From: Ophelia neglecta
Lineage: Eukaryota
Assembly (NCBI GenBank): GCA_965285935.1
Contig: OZ260662.1
Location: 121,272,001 to 121,336,000, forward strand
DNA: 64,000 nucleotides
Direction of reading: 5' to 3'
The position numbers and the translations under genes were made by a program. Shown here in pieces: positions 52,357 to 64,000 of the stretch; the first letter of the stretch is position 1; every line of letters begins with the position of its first letter. Below the pieces are notes generated by a model. The model saw nothing but the letters and a program-made list of their open reading frames with translations. It was not told the DNA's origin and did not search any database.

Positions 52357-54450
52357 ATAATTCACGGCCCATCAGTTTCGGTAAACTTCCGGTAACTTCG
52401 CATCACCCCGTGCTGGGTCGTTCGCAGTGTTTATTTCATCGATAAACTCGTGTATCGTTGATCGACAACCGCTGTACTAAACTAACTTGAGTAAGGTAAA
52501 TCTTATCCTAACCTGATTTGTAATTGGTAATTAATACTGTTTTTTTTTATAGCAACGAGATAAACTAAAATGCCGTTGCACATGTACTTGTGTAGCCGGT
52601 AGCCTGTCATTTGCTGTGGGCGAGGTGGGGGCTGGGGAGTTGTCATTTACTGGGGGGGGGGGGGGGGGTATCCTTGGGGATGGGAGGGAGAGTCAAAATA
52701 TTGTGACACTGTCAGATGGGGGTGGAGAGAGTTCTAAGGTTGAATTTAGCCCATAGGAGAGGATTGGGGTTGTAAATTAATCAGTGTGGTCTCTGATAGG
52801 GGTTGTCACAGAATTGGCACCGTATCTGACAGGGGAATCGCAACATTAACTCTGAAAGCACAGCATGGATTGTGCCCCCCCCCCCCCCCCCGTAGTAGAC
52901 AACCCCCCCCCCCCTTATGGGCTAACAACACCCTTGGGGTGGAAACTAAGCACAATCACATTGGTAATGGTATACTGAAACGTGCCCCTTACATGGATGG
53001 GTTATCCAGAGCCGGGACCTACAAGCATATTACATTGTGGGGTCCATTTTTGGCAAACCTTATTTGGAAAGCAGGGTTGGTGCCAGGGTTGTATCAGCTA
53101 GCTTACTTGTAAGCAACAGGGTTTGAAATTTTGCTTAAACGGGGAAAATTCCGAGTACAGGGTCTTCAATTTGTATATTGTAGTAGATCGATTTTCTGTA
53201 TCTCAATAGATGTAGCCGAATTTCTGTCCGGTAAGAAAATAATTGAACTGGGTGACGAACAATGGGGGCCGGAAACTCAAATCTGCTAACGTTGGAGGCG
53301 AGATTTGTATGACGTGATCATGTGACTCAGCACATCTTGTACAAAATGGCCGACCGTAAAACAAACTTGTGAACGAGAATAAATTGCTAGTGGCCTACAA
53401 ATTCTTGGCTATTATCATGAATTTTTGCCAGTCACTAAAACGTCCGCTAAAAGCAGTGCGTACGTTAAAGCATCAGCGGTCCACTTTTTGCGTACAAATT
53501 ATGACAAATTGCGTAAATACGGCGTCAGCGCGAACCCTGGAAAGGTATGTTTTTTTATGAATTTGATATATTTGGTAAAACTAAATGTGTTTCTTTATTG
53601 CTTTCAGGTTTTTTATTCACATGTATTGGTACCTATTTGTTAGGTTTGTTTAAATGAGTCGAATTGTAAAGGCACCTTCCCCCCACCTCAGACTAGCTGC
53701 CTTTGAAAGAACCATGGTGAATTCTCAGTGTCCAGATTAGCACAGGTGCTTGGAGCTGTCCACAGTGATAATTTGTACCAATTATTTTATGTACCATTCA
53801 GTCTTGGGTAATTCTAAATTCTTGATTTTGGGCCATGTTTACCATAAATATAAGTATGGCAGATTTAATGAAAAATGAGGCAGTCACAATGGTCACACAA
53901 TATGCAAGTTTTCGCATACAGACATATCAAATGAAGTATGTCATTTGAATGTGAGATTAAATTAACATCGTTTTTTTGTGACATTAAGAAATGTCTTATA
54001 CTTAAGAGTCCTTGACTGAATGTTAAAAGGTGACACAATTAATTATAAGGACAAAACATCAAACGATCTTGAAATCAAAGGATGCCCCTTGTTCCGGGGC
54101 CCAATGATACAGGTGGGCTGGTGGGCCTTTACCTGTAAATACATATTGTGTTCAACATAGATGGCTTTTTAAAGCCTGGTTTAAAGCATGAAAGCACTTG
54201 TCAGTAATTAACATATATCTGATCAAGTAAAAAGCAATGCACCTATAGTTATTTCTAAGACTGGCTACTTGTTGGGTTTTTATTTTTGATATACAGTGCT
54301 GTCTTTAATCAGGCCAAATAACATATTGTCTTTGAAAATCTGATTTTATATCTATTTTGTTTTACTAAAAAAGGCAATTTTATTATCTTTGTATGTGTTA
54401 AATAACCCTGACATTTATTTAGACTAGCTGCAGTCTAGTTATTTTAATTA

Positions 54451-55090
54451 ATCCACTACCTGTAATGCTGTTATCTACCACCTGTACCCACCTGTAATCC
54501 ACTGTTATCCACTACCTGTAATGCTGTTATCTACCCCCTGTACCCACCTGTAATCAACTGCTATCCACTACCTGTAATGCTGTTATCTACCACCTGTACC
54601 CACCTGTAATCCACTGCTGTCCACTACCTGTAATGTTGTTATCTACCACCTGTACCCACCTGTAATCCACTGCTATCCACTACTTGTAATGCTGTTATCT
54701 ACCACCTGTACCCACCTGTAATCCACTGCTATCCACTACCTGTAATGCTGTTATCTACCACCTGTACCCACCTGTAATCCACTGCTATCCACTACCTGTA
54801 ATGCTGTTATCTACCACCTGTACCCACCTGTAATCCACTGCTGTCCACTACCTGTAATGCTGTATTCTACCACCTGTACCCACCTGTAATCCACTGCTAT
54901 CCACTACTTGTAATGAAGTTATCTACCACCTGTACCCACCTGTAATCCACTGCTATCCACTACCTCTAATGCTTTTATCTACCACCTGTACCCACCTGTA
55001 ATCCACTGCTATCCACTACCTGTAATGCTGTTTTCTACCACCTGTAGTCCTGTACCCACCTGTAATCCACTGCTATCCACTACCTGTAAT
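54451..55090. repeat. 56-bp tandem repeat, ~11 copies
   Basis: Unit ATCCACTACCTGTAATGCTGTTATCTACCACCTGTACCCACCTGTAATCCACTGCT. Confidence 0.95.
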
Positions 55091-55317
55091 CAGGGATGAA
55101 AAGATTGGCCACAGAGTGGAACTTTATCCCATTTCCACTTTACAGTGCTGCCACCTGGCCCTGTAAATGATGGCAAGTGTTTATGAAGGCCACAGAAATC
55201 TACATGATATTGTAAGCATGGAATTTTGGTGTTTTTTTTCACATATATTGGATAATAGTAGGTAAAATTCATGACTATTTGGCTGTTTGACAGAAAACAT
55301 GTTATTTTTCCTTGCAG

Positions 55318-55566
55318 GATTTCACAGCTCTACAGGATATGTGGTTCACTGAATGTCAGGCTATTGCAATCACATAGGAAAGACATTATGATGTTAATAT
55401 CCTGGAGGACATTCCTGGAACTCACCCTGGCTGAGTTTGTAATAACTGCCGCAAACTATTGGATTGTATCAGGAAAGGAAGAGATAACGGCAAGAAGATC
55501 CAGACTGTTATAAGCGCTGGCCTCGTTCCCTGCTCACTCTGATGATACAGCCTGTGCCGTCTGCTC
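55318..55566 (+). pseudogene. Decayed Chapaev/RAG1-N-terminal-type zinc-binding domain exon
   Basis: Follows the acceptor TTTTTCCTTGCAG. Encodes QL[Y]RICG ... HYDVNILED-IPGT-HPG*V-CNNC ... FPAHSDDTACAVC across two frameshifts. Confidence 0.65.
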
Positions 55567-58500
55567 TGCCCGGTCTCTAAGATGGCTTCCCTTGGCTATA
55601 CAGAACAGACAGGTTTTTATGTCTTTCCAAATTGTAATCAGTTTTTAGTACCTCCTTAATCCATTGCTAAGTTATAATGAAATCTGGGTGCAGAATACTG
55701 TGATGGTAAAATTGTTCCCTCAGAAGTAAATGTGTCTGTTGCAGTGTTTGGCATTCTGTATGATTTAATTTGGTGGCTACAGATATTTAAGCTTTAAAAT
55801 ACATACGAATACAATTTTCACGAGTTTTTGTTTCACGGCCGCCAGTTTTCTTGGGGAATTTAAAAATTCAATCCCCAAGGAACATTTCATTGCTACAGTA
55901 TATGCTTCTCTATCATTTAAGGGCAGATCAGCAGAATGAGAATTACAGGCAGCCCAAGAACAATCCCTGAGTGAGCAACACACTGGGAAAATCCTAGAGC
56001 CTGGAAGCCATAATGACCAGACAGGCAAGCACAAAACTGGGAAAACCCAAGCAGGAGTGAGTCTGTTACTCTTATGCTTCAGACACCTACTAAAATCCAG
56101 CAATTCGTATAATTAGGGATAATTTAACCAAAATTATTACTAATTTGATTACTAGTCTCCATTATAGCTTAGCATGTAAGGGTACTAATACTTAGAGGAT
56201 AGAAACAATAGGGGACCCTGGAGATAATTTACTACTCGCCAACATAGCCTATTTGACATGTACCGCTGCGAGGCACTGCCACTGAGTTGTGCAAGGTTAA
56301 CGATTTCTGTGAGAAAGTAGAGTTTAGAAAATCAGCTGTATACAGCACATGTGTTATGGAAGTGTAAGCCAATACTTGCCATTACTATAATTTTTTAGGT
56401 CTTAAAATTTTACTTAAGTAGGATATATGAATATTAATGTTTGTGGTGATGATTGCAGTGATCGCCTTTAAAGGCTCGGCAAATCTACGGCCATTATCAC
56501 ATGTGTGGAATTCAGTTTCAAGACGCAGGTGACGCAGTATTTGACTTTGTTTTTTAGCTAGTAATTGCCCAAACCCGTGCTAATATTAGCTTTTTATTTT
56601 TGCAAGGCAATGTTATTTTAAGGGTGTTTGCTATTTACTTTGCATTGGTTTGGTTTAATTTGTTGGCTTTTTCTTCTATTTATCAATAATCTATTGATAA
56701 GCAGGACTTGTTATATTATGTTCCTGTTAATATGAAACACATATTTGCTATTCCTATTGTATTTAAGGTGACGATAAACCTTTTTATTATCATGCTAGGA
56801 TTTTAGTTATGTGCTTGGGGGCTGAATGGTAGCTAGAAAACAGAAAGGAAGTAGCAGGATGCGGTTTGCTAAGTAGGTCCTATGGTTTTAAATGCTGACC
56901 TGCAGATTGACAAAACTCTCCTAAATCCAGGCTTACTCAGGCCCTTATCATATACAAATCAAGATGGTTTGAGTTATCTCGCTGGTGTCTCCATTGCATA
57001 TTGGGTGTTTTTTGCTTGTATTTCTGCAGGCTATCAGTCGATAAATATGGCCTGACCTACATAGCTGGTGAATCTGGAATGCATGTGTAGACAAATTACT
57101 ACCAATTACAAAACTAGTTAAATTTACTGATGGACCCAATTAGTGTTAAGTATTGGATGAAATAATCTTTAATTGACTTCGGATACAGCAATGCACAGAT
57201 TATTCTTCCTTACAATGCTGGCACTGCTTGAAAAAATGAAATAAGCAAAATATATTAAAAGTATCATATCTTTAACTTTCTGAATAACTGCACAATGTGT
57301 ATCACCATAAATATTACTCCACACGATGGATATAATATATAAATGTTCAATCAATCCTAAAAACATAAAACTTTTACATGCATATTGTATGCACTTCTAA
57401 ATTTCGCTTTTAACTTGGCAGTGAATACCCAGATTTATTATTGCATTATATTATGTTATTGCTAATTACATATTGTAATTACATATTGATCAGTGTGACT
57501 TTGGGTAGTAGCCATGTGTACTATCAATTTACTGTTAATGCTAGTAATGATCCAGAAAGAAAACCTTTAAATATATTAACTATAGCCACAGGTAACACAG
57601 AGTGTGAGCTAAATGTTAAATATATACAGTCATCCATTGTGGTTCATAGCTGAATAAGTTTATTTGGTGTTATAACAGACACTTTGTATCATACTGACAT
57701 TGCTGGCACATTGGAATGCTGGTTGGAATGTCCATTTTATGTCAATTGATGTGAATTATTTATCCGCTTCATGTTTGTTAATATATTTCTTATCAAATGA
57801 ATATTGTTACATTGCCAGACCTTAATAATTTAATTAGATTATGTCAAGTATATTTAGTATATCTGCTGAATTGTAGATGAAAATTTATCTTGTACCCCAG
57901 GCATGTATCAGAGTATTGTGTGCGCGTTTGGGATATTGCTCTAGCATAAATATCCGAACGATCCAGCGCTTGTTAGGCGAATACCGGGCAATTTTAGCCA
58001 TGAAATTATAGTTAAGATATTATGAAAAGCCCCTCCAATTTAACCATAATCATTTCAACATCATTTGAAAAAGAACCGCTTTTTTCGGTGTCATGGATAA
58101 TAACTCGATGGCGCAAGATGGACATTTCATGTCAGTTGACCACTAAAAATAGTTCACTTGAACTGTGATATGGTAAAGGTCGATCTTGTAACCTAAAAGG
58201 TCATCTTGAAGGTCAAATTAGAAATAAACAATCAAGGAATACGTTATTAATAATGCAGATATTACAGTTTGCTCTGAGATGGTAACATTAAACTCAACTT
58301 AGACTTCACTGTACGTCTGGTCATACTCACCAAGAAGCACTAGCTGCACATCAGATGATGACCTTCAATAAGACTATCATTCTCAATGTCAAATCATTAG
58401 GTTGGGAATGTATGTTATTTGCAATTAATGATAGCAATTTAGCTTGCAAGATTGTAGCATATGGTATCCTAATTTTTTCAAATAAACATTCTATTTGGCT

Positions 58501-59771
58501 GTCTTTGGCACAGCGAGGGGGAAAAACAATTTTCATGCACAATTTTAAAGAGAACAAGATTAGTTCTTTAATTTTGCACAGTCAATTTTAAAGATCTATG
58601 TATTATTATATTTCAGCTACCCAAAATTTACCTAGAGGATCATGTCAACACTTGGCAGTTAGGACAGTCAAAGGAGTTGAAGAGGTAATGTTGGATCTGG
58701 AATGATTTCATCCTCCAAAAGACCCCCTGGCAAATCTAAACGGAAGCCTAAAATCTTGGTGACGGTTGACAGAGTTTTTTGTTGATGCTGAAAGTAGTCA
58801 GCTTTAGCACAAGCCACTCACACCCATGGAAAGGGTGATTTGGAAAAGGCAAAATTGTGCAAGAAGGAACACAGAGAGATGAAAATAAAAAAAATTATGG
58901 AAACTTCTAAAAAAAACTTCTGTCTGTCAGACATAATTTGACTGAGGAAGACAAAGAACCCCAGAGGAAAAAATAGAGAGAGGATGAAATAAATACATGT
59001 CGTGTCTCATGGAAATAGTGTTGAAGTAAAAGAGGCCAATTCTGAATAGATACTATTTTGTTAATTTTGAAGGATGGAAAAACAGCCCCGTTAGGTCATG
59101 GTACTGTAACTGAAAAAATGTTTGTGCAGATTTAAATTAACATGAAATTTAAACTCGCTAATATTGTATTGGCATGTATTTATAGGACCAACATACCTTT
59201 GGCTGGATATTAAAAACCTGCGAAGTGTCGTTGTTTGCAAAACACAAATTTAAACCTTTTGGGACATTTTTACCGCTACAGCATTAAGTGAAGCGTAGAT
59301 TAGCCCAGACCAATCAGGATCCGCAATGAGCGCAGACCAAGTCTCATTTAGTATATGGAGAAAGAGAAAGTAACGACAGCATCTAATTTGAAATATCTTT
59401 AAAAGGAGCCAAGAACAGCTCTGATTGGACATTATGTATAGTGACATTACCTTTGTAACTCAATAAACTGATATTCAGTACATCAACTTTATTTTATCAG
59501 TCAGAACTTGTTGCCTTTGATATCCACATGCGTTTTTACAATATGAAGGATCTATGTATTAACCGAAATATCTGGTGCATGGCAACAGTAGTTCCGAAAT
59601 GACAAGAATGGTATAAAACTACTCGGGAAGATTCACAATTTACACTGTGGTTCATTATTAAACAGACCCGCTTGTTACAAATTGTGGATAAAATCATAAT
59701 AGAATAGATCTATATTTGTGCAGTTTAAGTAAAAAGATTTAACTTTTTTATGCCTACAGCATAATGGAGTA

Positions 59772-59949
59772 CAGTGAAACCTGTGAATTAAGACCACCAA
59801 AGGGACTTGGAAATGCTGGTCTGATTTCAGAGGTGGTCTGTTTATACAGGTTATTTAACATTGAAAGTATACAGCATGATCTTCATATTAGTAGTCTGAA
59901 TTTACAGGTGGTCTGATTAAAGAGGTGGTCTTTAAGGCAGGTTTCACTG
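59772..59949. mobile_element. Tc1/mariner (pogo/Tigger-type) MITE
   Basis: TIR CAGTGAAACCTG / CAGGTTTCACTG, TA TSD, internal GGTGGTCT repeats. Confidence 0.85.
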
Positions 59950-62016
59950 TATTTCCTTCTAGTCATCTTTGTCATCTTTCCCATGTTAAATTTGTAAAAC
60001 ATGTTAGTACCCAGACCAAATGCAACATAACAAGGCTTACTATGGTTGTTTGGTTGCGGTTTTCAGTTTATGAAAATTCTGGCTAAAACTGTCTGGATAC
60101 ACTTTGGTATTCCCCACACAGATATCACCAAAGTAAGGATGTCACACAGCCAGTGCAACTAGGCTTTAGTTAGCTATAGTGCATCCAGGATTACTTATCA
60201 AACTAGGCAACCAGTCAGATACAAATCTAATTCTGATATTTAGCTATAGTCTACTCTAATGTGTATACTCTAAGTACCAGCCAAATTCAACATAACATGT
60301 ATAACTAATTTGACAAGTATATCATGATATCAAAGTGTCTTTACCAATAACTATATATTTATTAAGTGATGAGTTGAGTTATAAATCTCCCCTGGTGCCA
60401 TAATCCATAACATACCTTTGATACTAAACAATGCAGAAATATCGGCGAGGAAAATATGCTATTATTTCCTTAAATGGAGCATTCTTAACCTTAGAATAAA
60501 AAATATTATTTGGATACAATTCCCAATACTCTTATGATAGGCTTTTTATGGAGTCATTTAATGTTACATATTATGCATCACCCATGTTTGGTTAAAATTA
60601 AGGCAGAACTAGTTTATTTAACATGTTGTCATTTTATTAACTGTCGAGACTCCTCTTGCACTAGTCGGGTGTTTATGAATTCAATATTACCGGTAGTCTA
60701 AGATTATAGTCTAACAATTTAAACCAATGGTAGTCTCTCTTGAGTTATATGTTTGTTCTATGTTAACCATTAACTCTTTGTGAGGTTTGGCTCCCATATT
60801 TTAAAAAAGTCAACTTCTTCATTTTGCAGCTGATATCATTATTTATATTTTCGAGTCCAGTACAATATAAGCATAATTACAGCTATGGTGTTGGGTACTG
60901 ATTGTCGCGGGCTGCAGTTGACAGTTTCTGCGGGTTTTGGACTTTAATGAATATTCTTGATTACAGATTTCACTAGGTCCAGCGGTTATCCATGCCGGTT
61001 GTACCCGATGATTTCTTGTCAATTTAATTCACTATTCAACTTTTTTGGTAGCTGTTAAGGATATTCACTCTCACCCATTTTCCTTTGCGGGTGAAAATAC
61101 TAAAAGCCATGAACCATTTTCATTTTCAGGAGCTGCTCCACGGCAGACAAACAAAAAAATCTGTCAAGAATATTCCATTTGGTCCAAAATCTTTGAGAAA
61201 TATAAGACGCCACAAACATATTGGTAAAACATGCATTAAGACGACGTACATCAAATTTGAATGTCATTTACGAACCATTGCGTTGAAGGCAACAGATGTT
61301 AATGTTGAATAGTAGAATGGACATCTCTTGTGGGGCTATTAGAATAACTTAAACAATAATTCAGTTGGTATTTACAGATGATTTATGCACAAAAATATGG
61401 AAAAATCAGGGAAGAATGCGATTATTGTGTTCGCACTTTTACAAAATACGCTCTTGATAGGTCAGACCAGATACACATATGTTGCAGGGCTTTGTGGAGG
61501 CAGTATACAATGCACCAGCCACTGCCCCGGGTCCTCTTGTTTGGTGTTTGGCAGGACATGGCGTGTTTAATACATGAGGTGACCCTGAGTGGTCCCGTGT
61601 CAGAACCAGACTACACCAGGTCTTGTCGATTAGTATAGGCCCAACACAAAGAAACCTAGACAATATTCCCTGATCTCAACTTAACTGATACTAAGTCTGC
61701 CAACTGTTGTGTAACATATTACAAGCCCTAAAAGCAGGATTTATTAAGGCAATAGTTGCCAATAGTGCACAACCTACAGATGAAAATTCTTCTTTTAAAA
61801 AGTATTGCTTGTTGAGAATAAACATTAGGCAACACTAGCGAATGAAAATGAATTTTTGATCAATTATCGGCTGCAGTCGGCCATGATTTGTATTGGAATT
61901 TGTAATAAATCATTTTCACATTTATAGCGGGCCCCGGCTCAATTTAATGAAAATTATTGCCATTTTTCATGGCATGCCCTGAAGGTGACCTTGGGCACCT
62001 CGTGGTGCATCATATA

Positions 62017-62195
62017 CAGTGGTCCCTGTGATGTAGGGCCCCCTCCGATGAAGGACCCCCTGCGATGGCAGGACAGTTTTTTAATTCCCATGTCCTATCT
62101 TGACCATGTTAAAGTACCTCTGATGAAGGGCCACCTGCAATGTAGGGCCACTTTTTCTTGGATATAGGGGTGGCCCTACATCGCAGGGACCACTG
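62017..62195. mobile_element. Tc1/mariner (pogo/Tigger-type) MITE
   Basis: TIR CAGTGGTCCCTG.GATGTAGGGCC and its reverse complement, TA TSD. Confidence 0.85.
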
Positions 62196-62292
62196 TATAG
62201 GCATACAGTGTTAGAGGGAAAGTTTGACCAATGACCTGCTGCTTACCGAGTCATATACACACCTACGGTAGTGCCACCTTAAAGAAGGCCTG

Positions 62293-62520
62293 GGCCCAGT
62301 TTCTGAGAGCAGGCTTAACTCGGATTCAAATCAGGATTAAAGTGCTTAATCGGTGTTAACTAGCTTATCGGGGATTGTAGATGCTGGATTTGGCCTTCAA
62401 GCTAGCCATTCTTGTCTTAAACTTAATCCTGGTCGTTGAAAACACCGATTAACACATATCAGCTAATCTGTAATAGACTTATCTAATCACTTAACTAAAA
62501 CGACTTCTAGAAACCGGGCC
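62293..62520. mobile_element. PIF/Harbinger-like MITE
   Basis: TIR GGCCC(A/G)GTTTCT / AGAAACCGGGCC. 3-bp TSD CTG (62290-62292, 62521-62523). Confidence 0.65.
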
Positions 62521-62523
62521 CTG

Positions 62524-62800
62524 GTTTACATTCAAAGTCGTTGACTTCATTGTGCGTTTTCCGTTTGTGCACATTCAGATTATTTTTGAACTTTGTTTTG
62601 TAAGGACAATATGGACATTGATTCATGGCGCCATCTACACAGTGTTTCAGGTGTTTAGTTAGTGTATCTGGATGGCTAAAGGTGGAGCCACACTTGGAAC
62701 ATAATTGTTTGATTTCATTGTGGACAGCGTCTACATGCAGCTTAAGGTCCTTCTTGTGGACATATGCCTTGTCACATTGTCCACACGGATAAGCCTGTAC
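62524..62800 (-). CDS. C2H2 zinc-finger exon (three fingers), cut short by a MITE; possibly a pseudogene
   Basis: Acceptor TCTCTTTGCAG| at 62801. Fingers YPCGQCDKAY...LKLHVDAVH, CSKCGSTF...LTKHLKHC and CPYCPYK...LNVHKRKTH. Confidence 0.7.
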
Positions 62801-63187
62801 CTGCAAAGAGATCCAATCATTAGAAATACATGGTCTTAAGCAATGACTTGCATTAAGATATTTAAAGAAGGAAGGCCAGGTGATTTCAAAAAAGGTGTCA
62901 TTTTTTGTTTCATGTTGCTATTGTTTTCTGTTCAAATAATATATTTATGAAAATGTGTATGGTGACTCGTATAATATATAAATATTTCTGAATCTCAATC
63001 TATGAGCCCTTGAGCTATCACAACCTTTTTGTACTTTCCCATTCTTTTAATTGGAGATAAACACCACCAAGGAATAATAGAAGTAAACAAAGGAGAGTCT
63101 GTTGTAGATGGAACGGTAATAGATTGAATCAAGTTATGATGTCCTATTTAGTCATTTACAAGATACTGTCAATAAAGTGATGTATTA

Positions 63188-64000
63188 ATCCAAAAGAGAA
63201 CCCCACAGTACAGAGCATCCAAAAGAGAACCCCACAGTACAGAGAATCCAAAAGAGAACCCCACAGTACAGAGAATCCAAAAGAGAACCCCACAGTACAG
63301 AGAATCCAAAAGAGAACCCCACAGTACAGAGAATCCAAAAGAGAACCCCACAGGACAGAGAATCCAAAAGAGAACCCCACAGTACAGAGAATCCAAATTA
63401 GAACCCCACAGTACTGAGAATCCAAAAGAGAACCCCACAGTACTGAGAATCCAAAAGAGAACCCCACAGTACAGAGAATCCAAAAGAGAACCCCACAGTA
63501 CAGAGCATCCAAAAGAGAACCCCACAGTACTGAGCATCCAAAAGAGAACCCCACAGTACTGAGCATCCAAAAGAGAACCCCACAGTACTGAGAATTCAAA
63601 AGAGAACCCCACAGTACAGAGCATCCAAAAGAGAACCCCACAGTACAGAGAATCCAAAAGAGAACCCCACAGTACAGAGAATCCAAAAGAGAACCCCACA
63701 GTACAGAGCATCCAAAAGAGAACCCCACAGTACTGAGCATCCAAAAGAGAACCCCACAGTACTGAGCATCCAAAAGAGAACCCCACAGTACTGAGAATTC
63801 AAAAGAGAACCCCACAGTACAGAGCATCCAAAAGAGAACCCCACAGTACAGAGACTCCAAAAGAGAACCCCACAGTACAGAGAATCCAAAAGAGAACAGT
63901 ACAGAGAATCCAAAAGAGAACCCCACAGTACAGAGAATCCAAAAGAGAACCCCACAGTACTGAGAATCCAAAAGAGAACCCCACAGTACTGAGAATCCAA
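63188..64000. repeat. 29-bp tandem satellite, ~28 copies, running off the window end
   Basis: Unit ATCCAAAAGAGAACCCCACAGTAC(A/T)GAG(A/C). Confidence 0.97.

Noticed and set aside
52635-52915. G-run/C-run bounded MITE (similar segments near 26190 and 36010-36260)
   Set aside because: The TIRs are too degenerate and no clean TSD could be defined.
58617-59020. Possible downstream exon of the Chapaev/RAG1-like fossil
   Set aside because: It is purine-rich and follows an acceptor-like site, but has stops in the frames examined and no recognisable motif.
63156-64000. Long hydrophobic Cys/Trp-rich ORFs (271, 205, 134 aa)
   Set aside because: They are translations of the 29-bp satellite, which lacks minus-strand stops.

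Overview
AT-rich eukaryotic genomic DNA, probably from an invertebrate (inferred from the repeat types; species not determinable). It is dominated by transposons and local duplications. The main feature is a full-length 10.6-kb Ty3/Gypsy LTR retrotransposon (37472-48092, + strand) with 259-bp LTRs differing at 4 positions, a GTAC target-site duplication, a PBS and a PPT. Its architecture is unusual in four ways. (1) Gag begins with a ComEA-like helix-hairpin-helix motif. (2) Gag ends at an A-AAA-AAC slippery site followed by an 8+8 bp H-type pseudoknot. (3) The first domain in the -1 (Pol) frame is an intronless FAM172A/ARB2 (Argonaute-binding family) alpha/beta-hydrolase-fold domain, lying where the aspartic protease should be; it runs on into RT-RNaseH-integrase. 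(4) A third, non-env ORF with a C2H2-like motif follows pol, flanked by splice signals that predict a subgenomic mRNA. This copy has stops and frameshifts. Positions 1-37.4 kb are a same-strand mosaic of diverged non-coding duplications carrying MITEs, a Crypton-like element and two LINE RT fragments. Right of the LTR element are a probable minus-strand first exon (GC donor), a Mutator-like element splitting a putative bidirectional promoter, a decayed Chapaev/RAG1-N-terminal-type zinc domain, MITEs, a C2H2 exon and two tandem repeats (56 bp and 29 bp).
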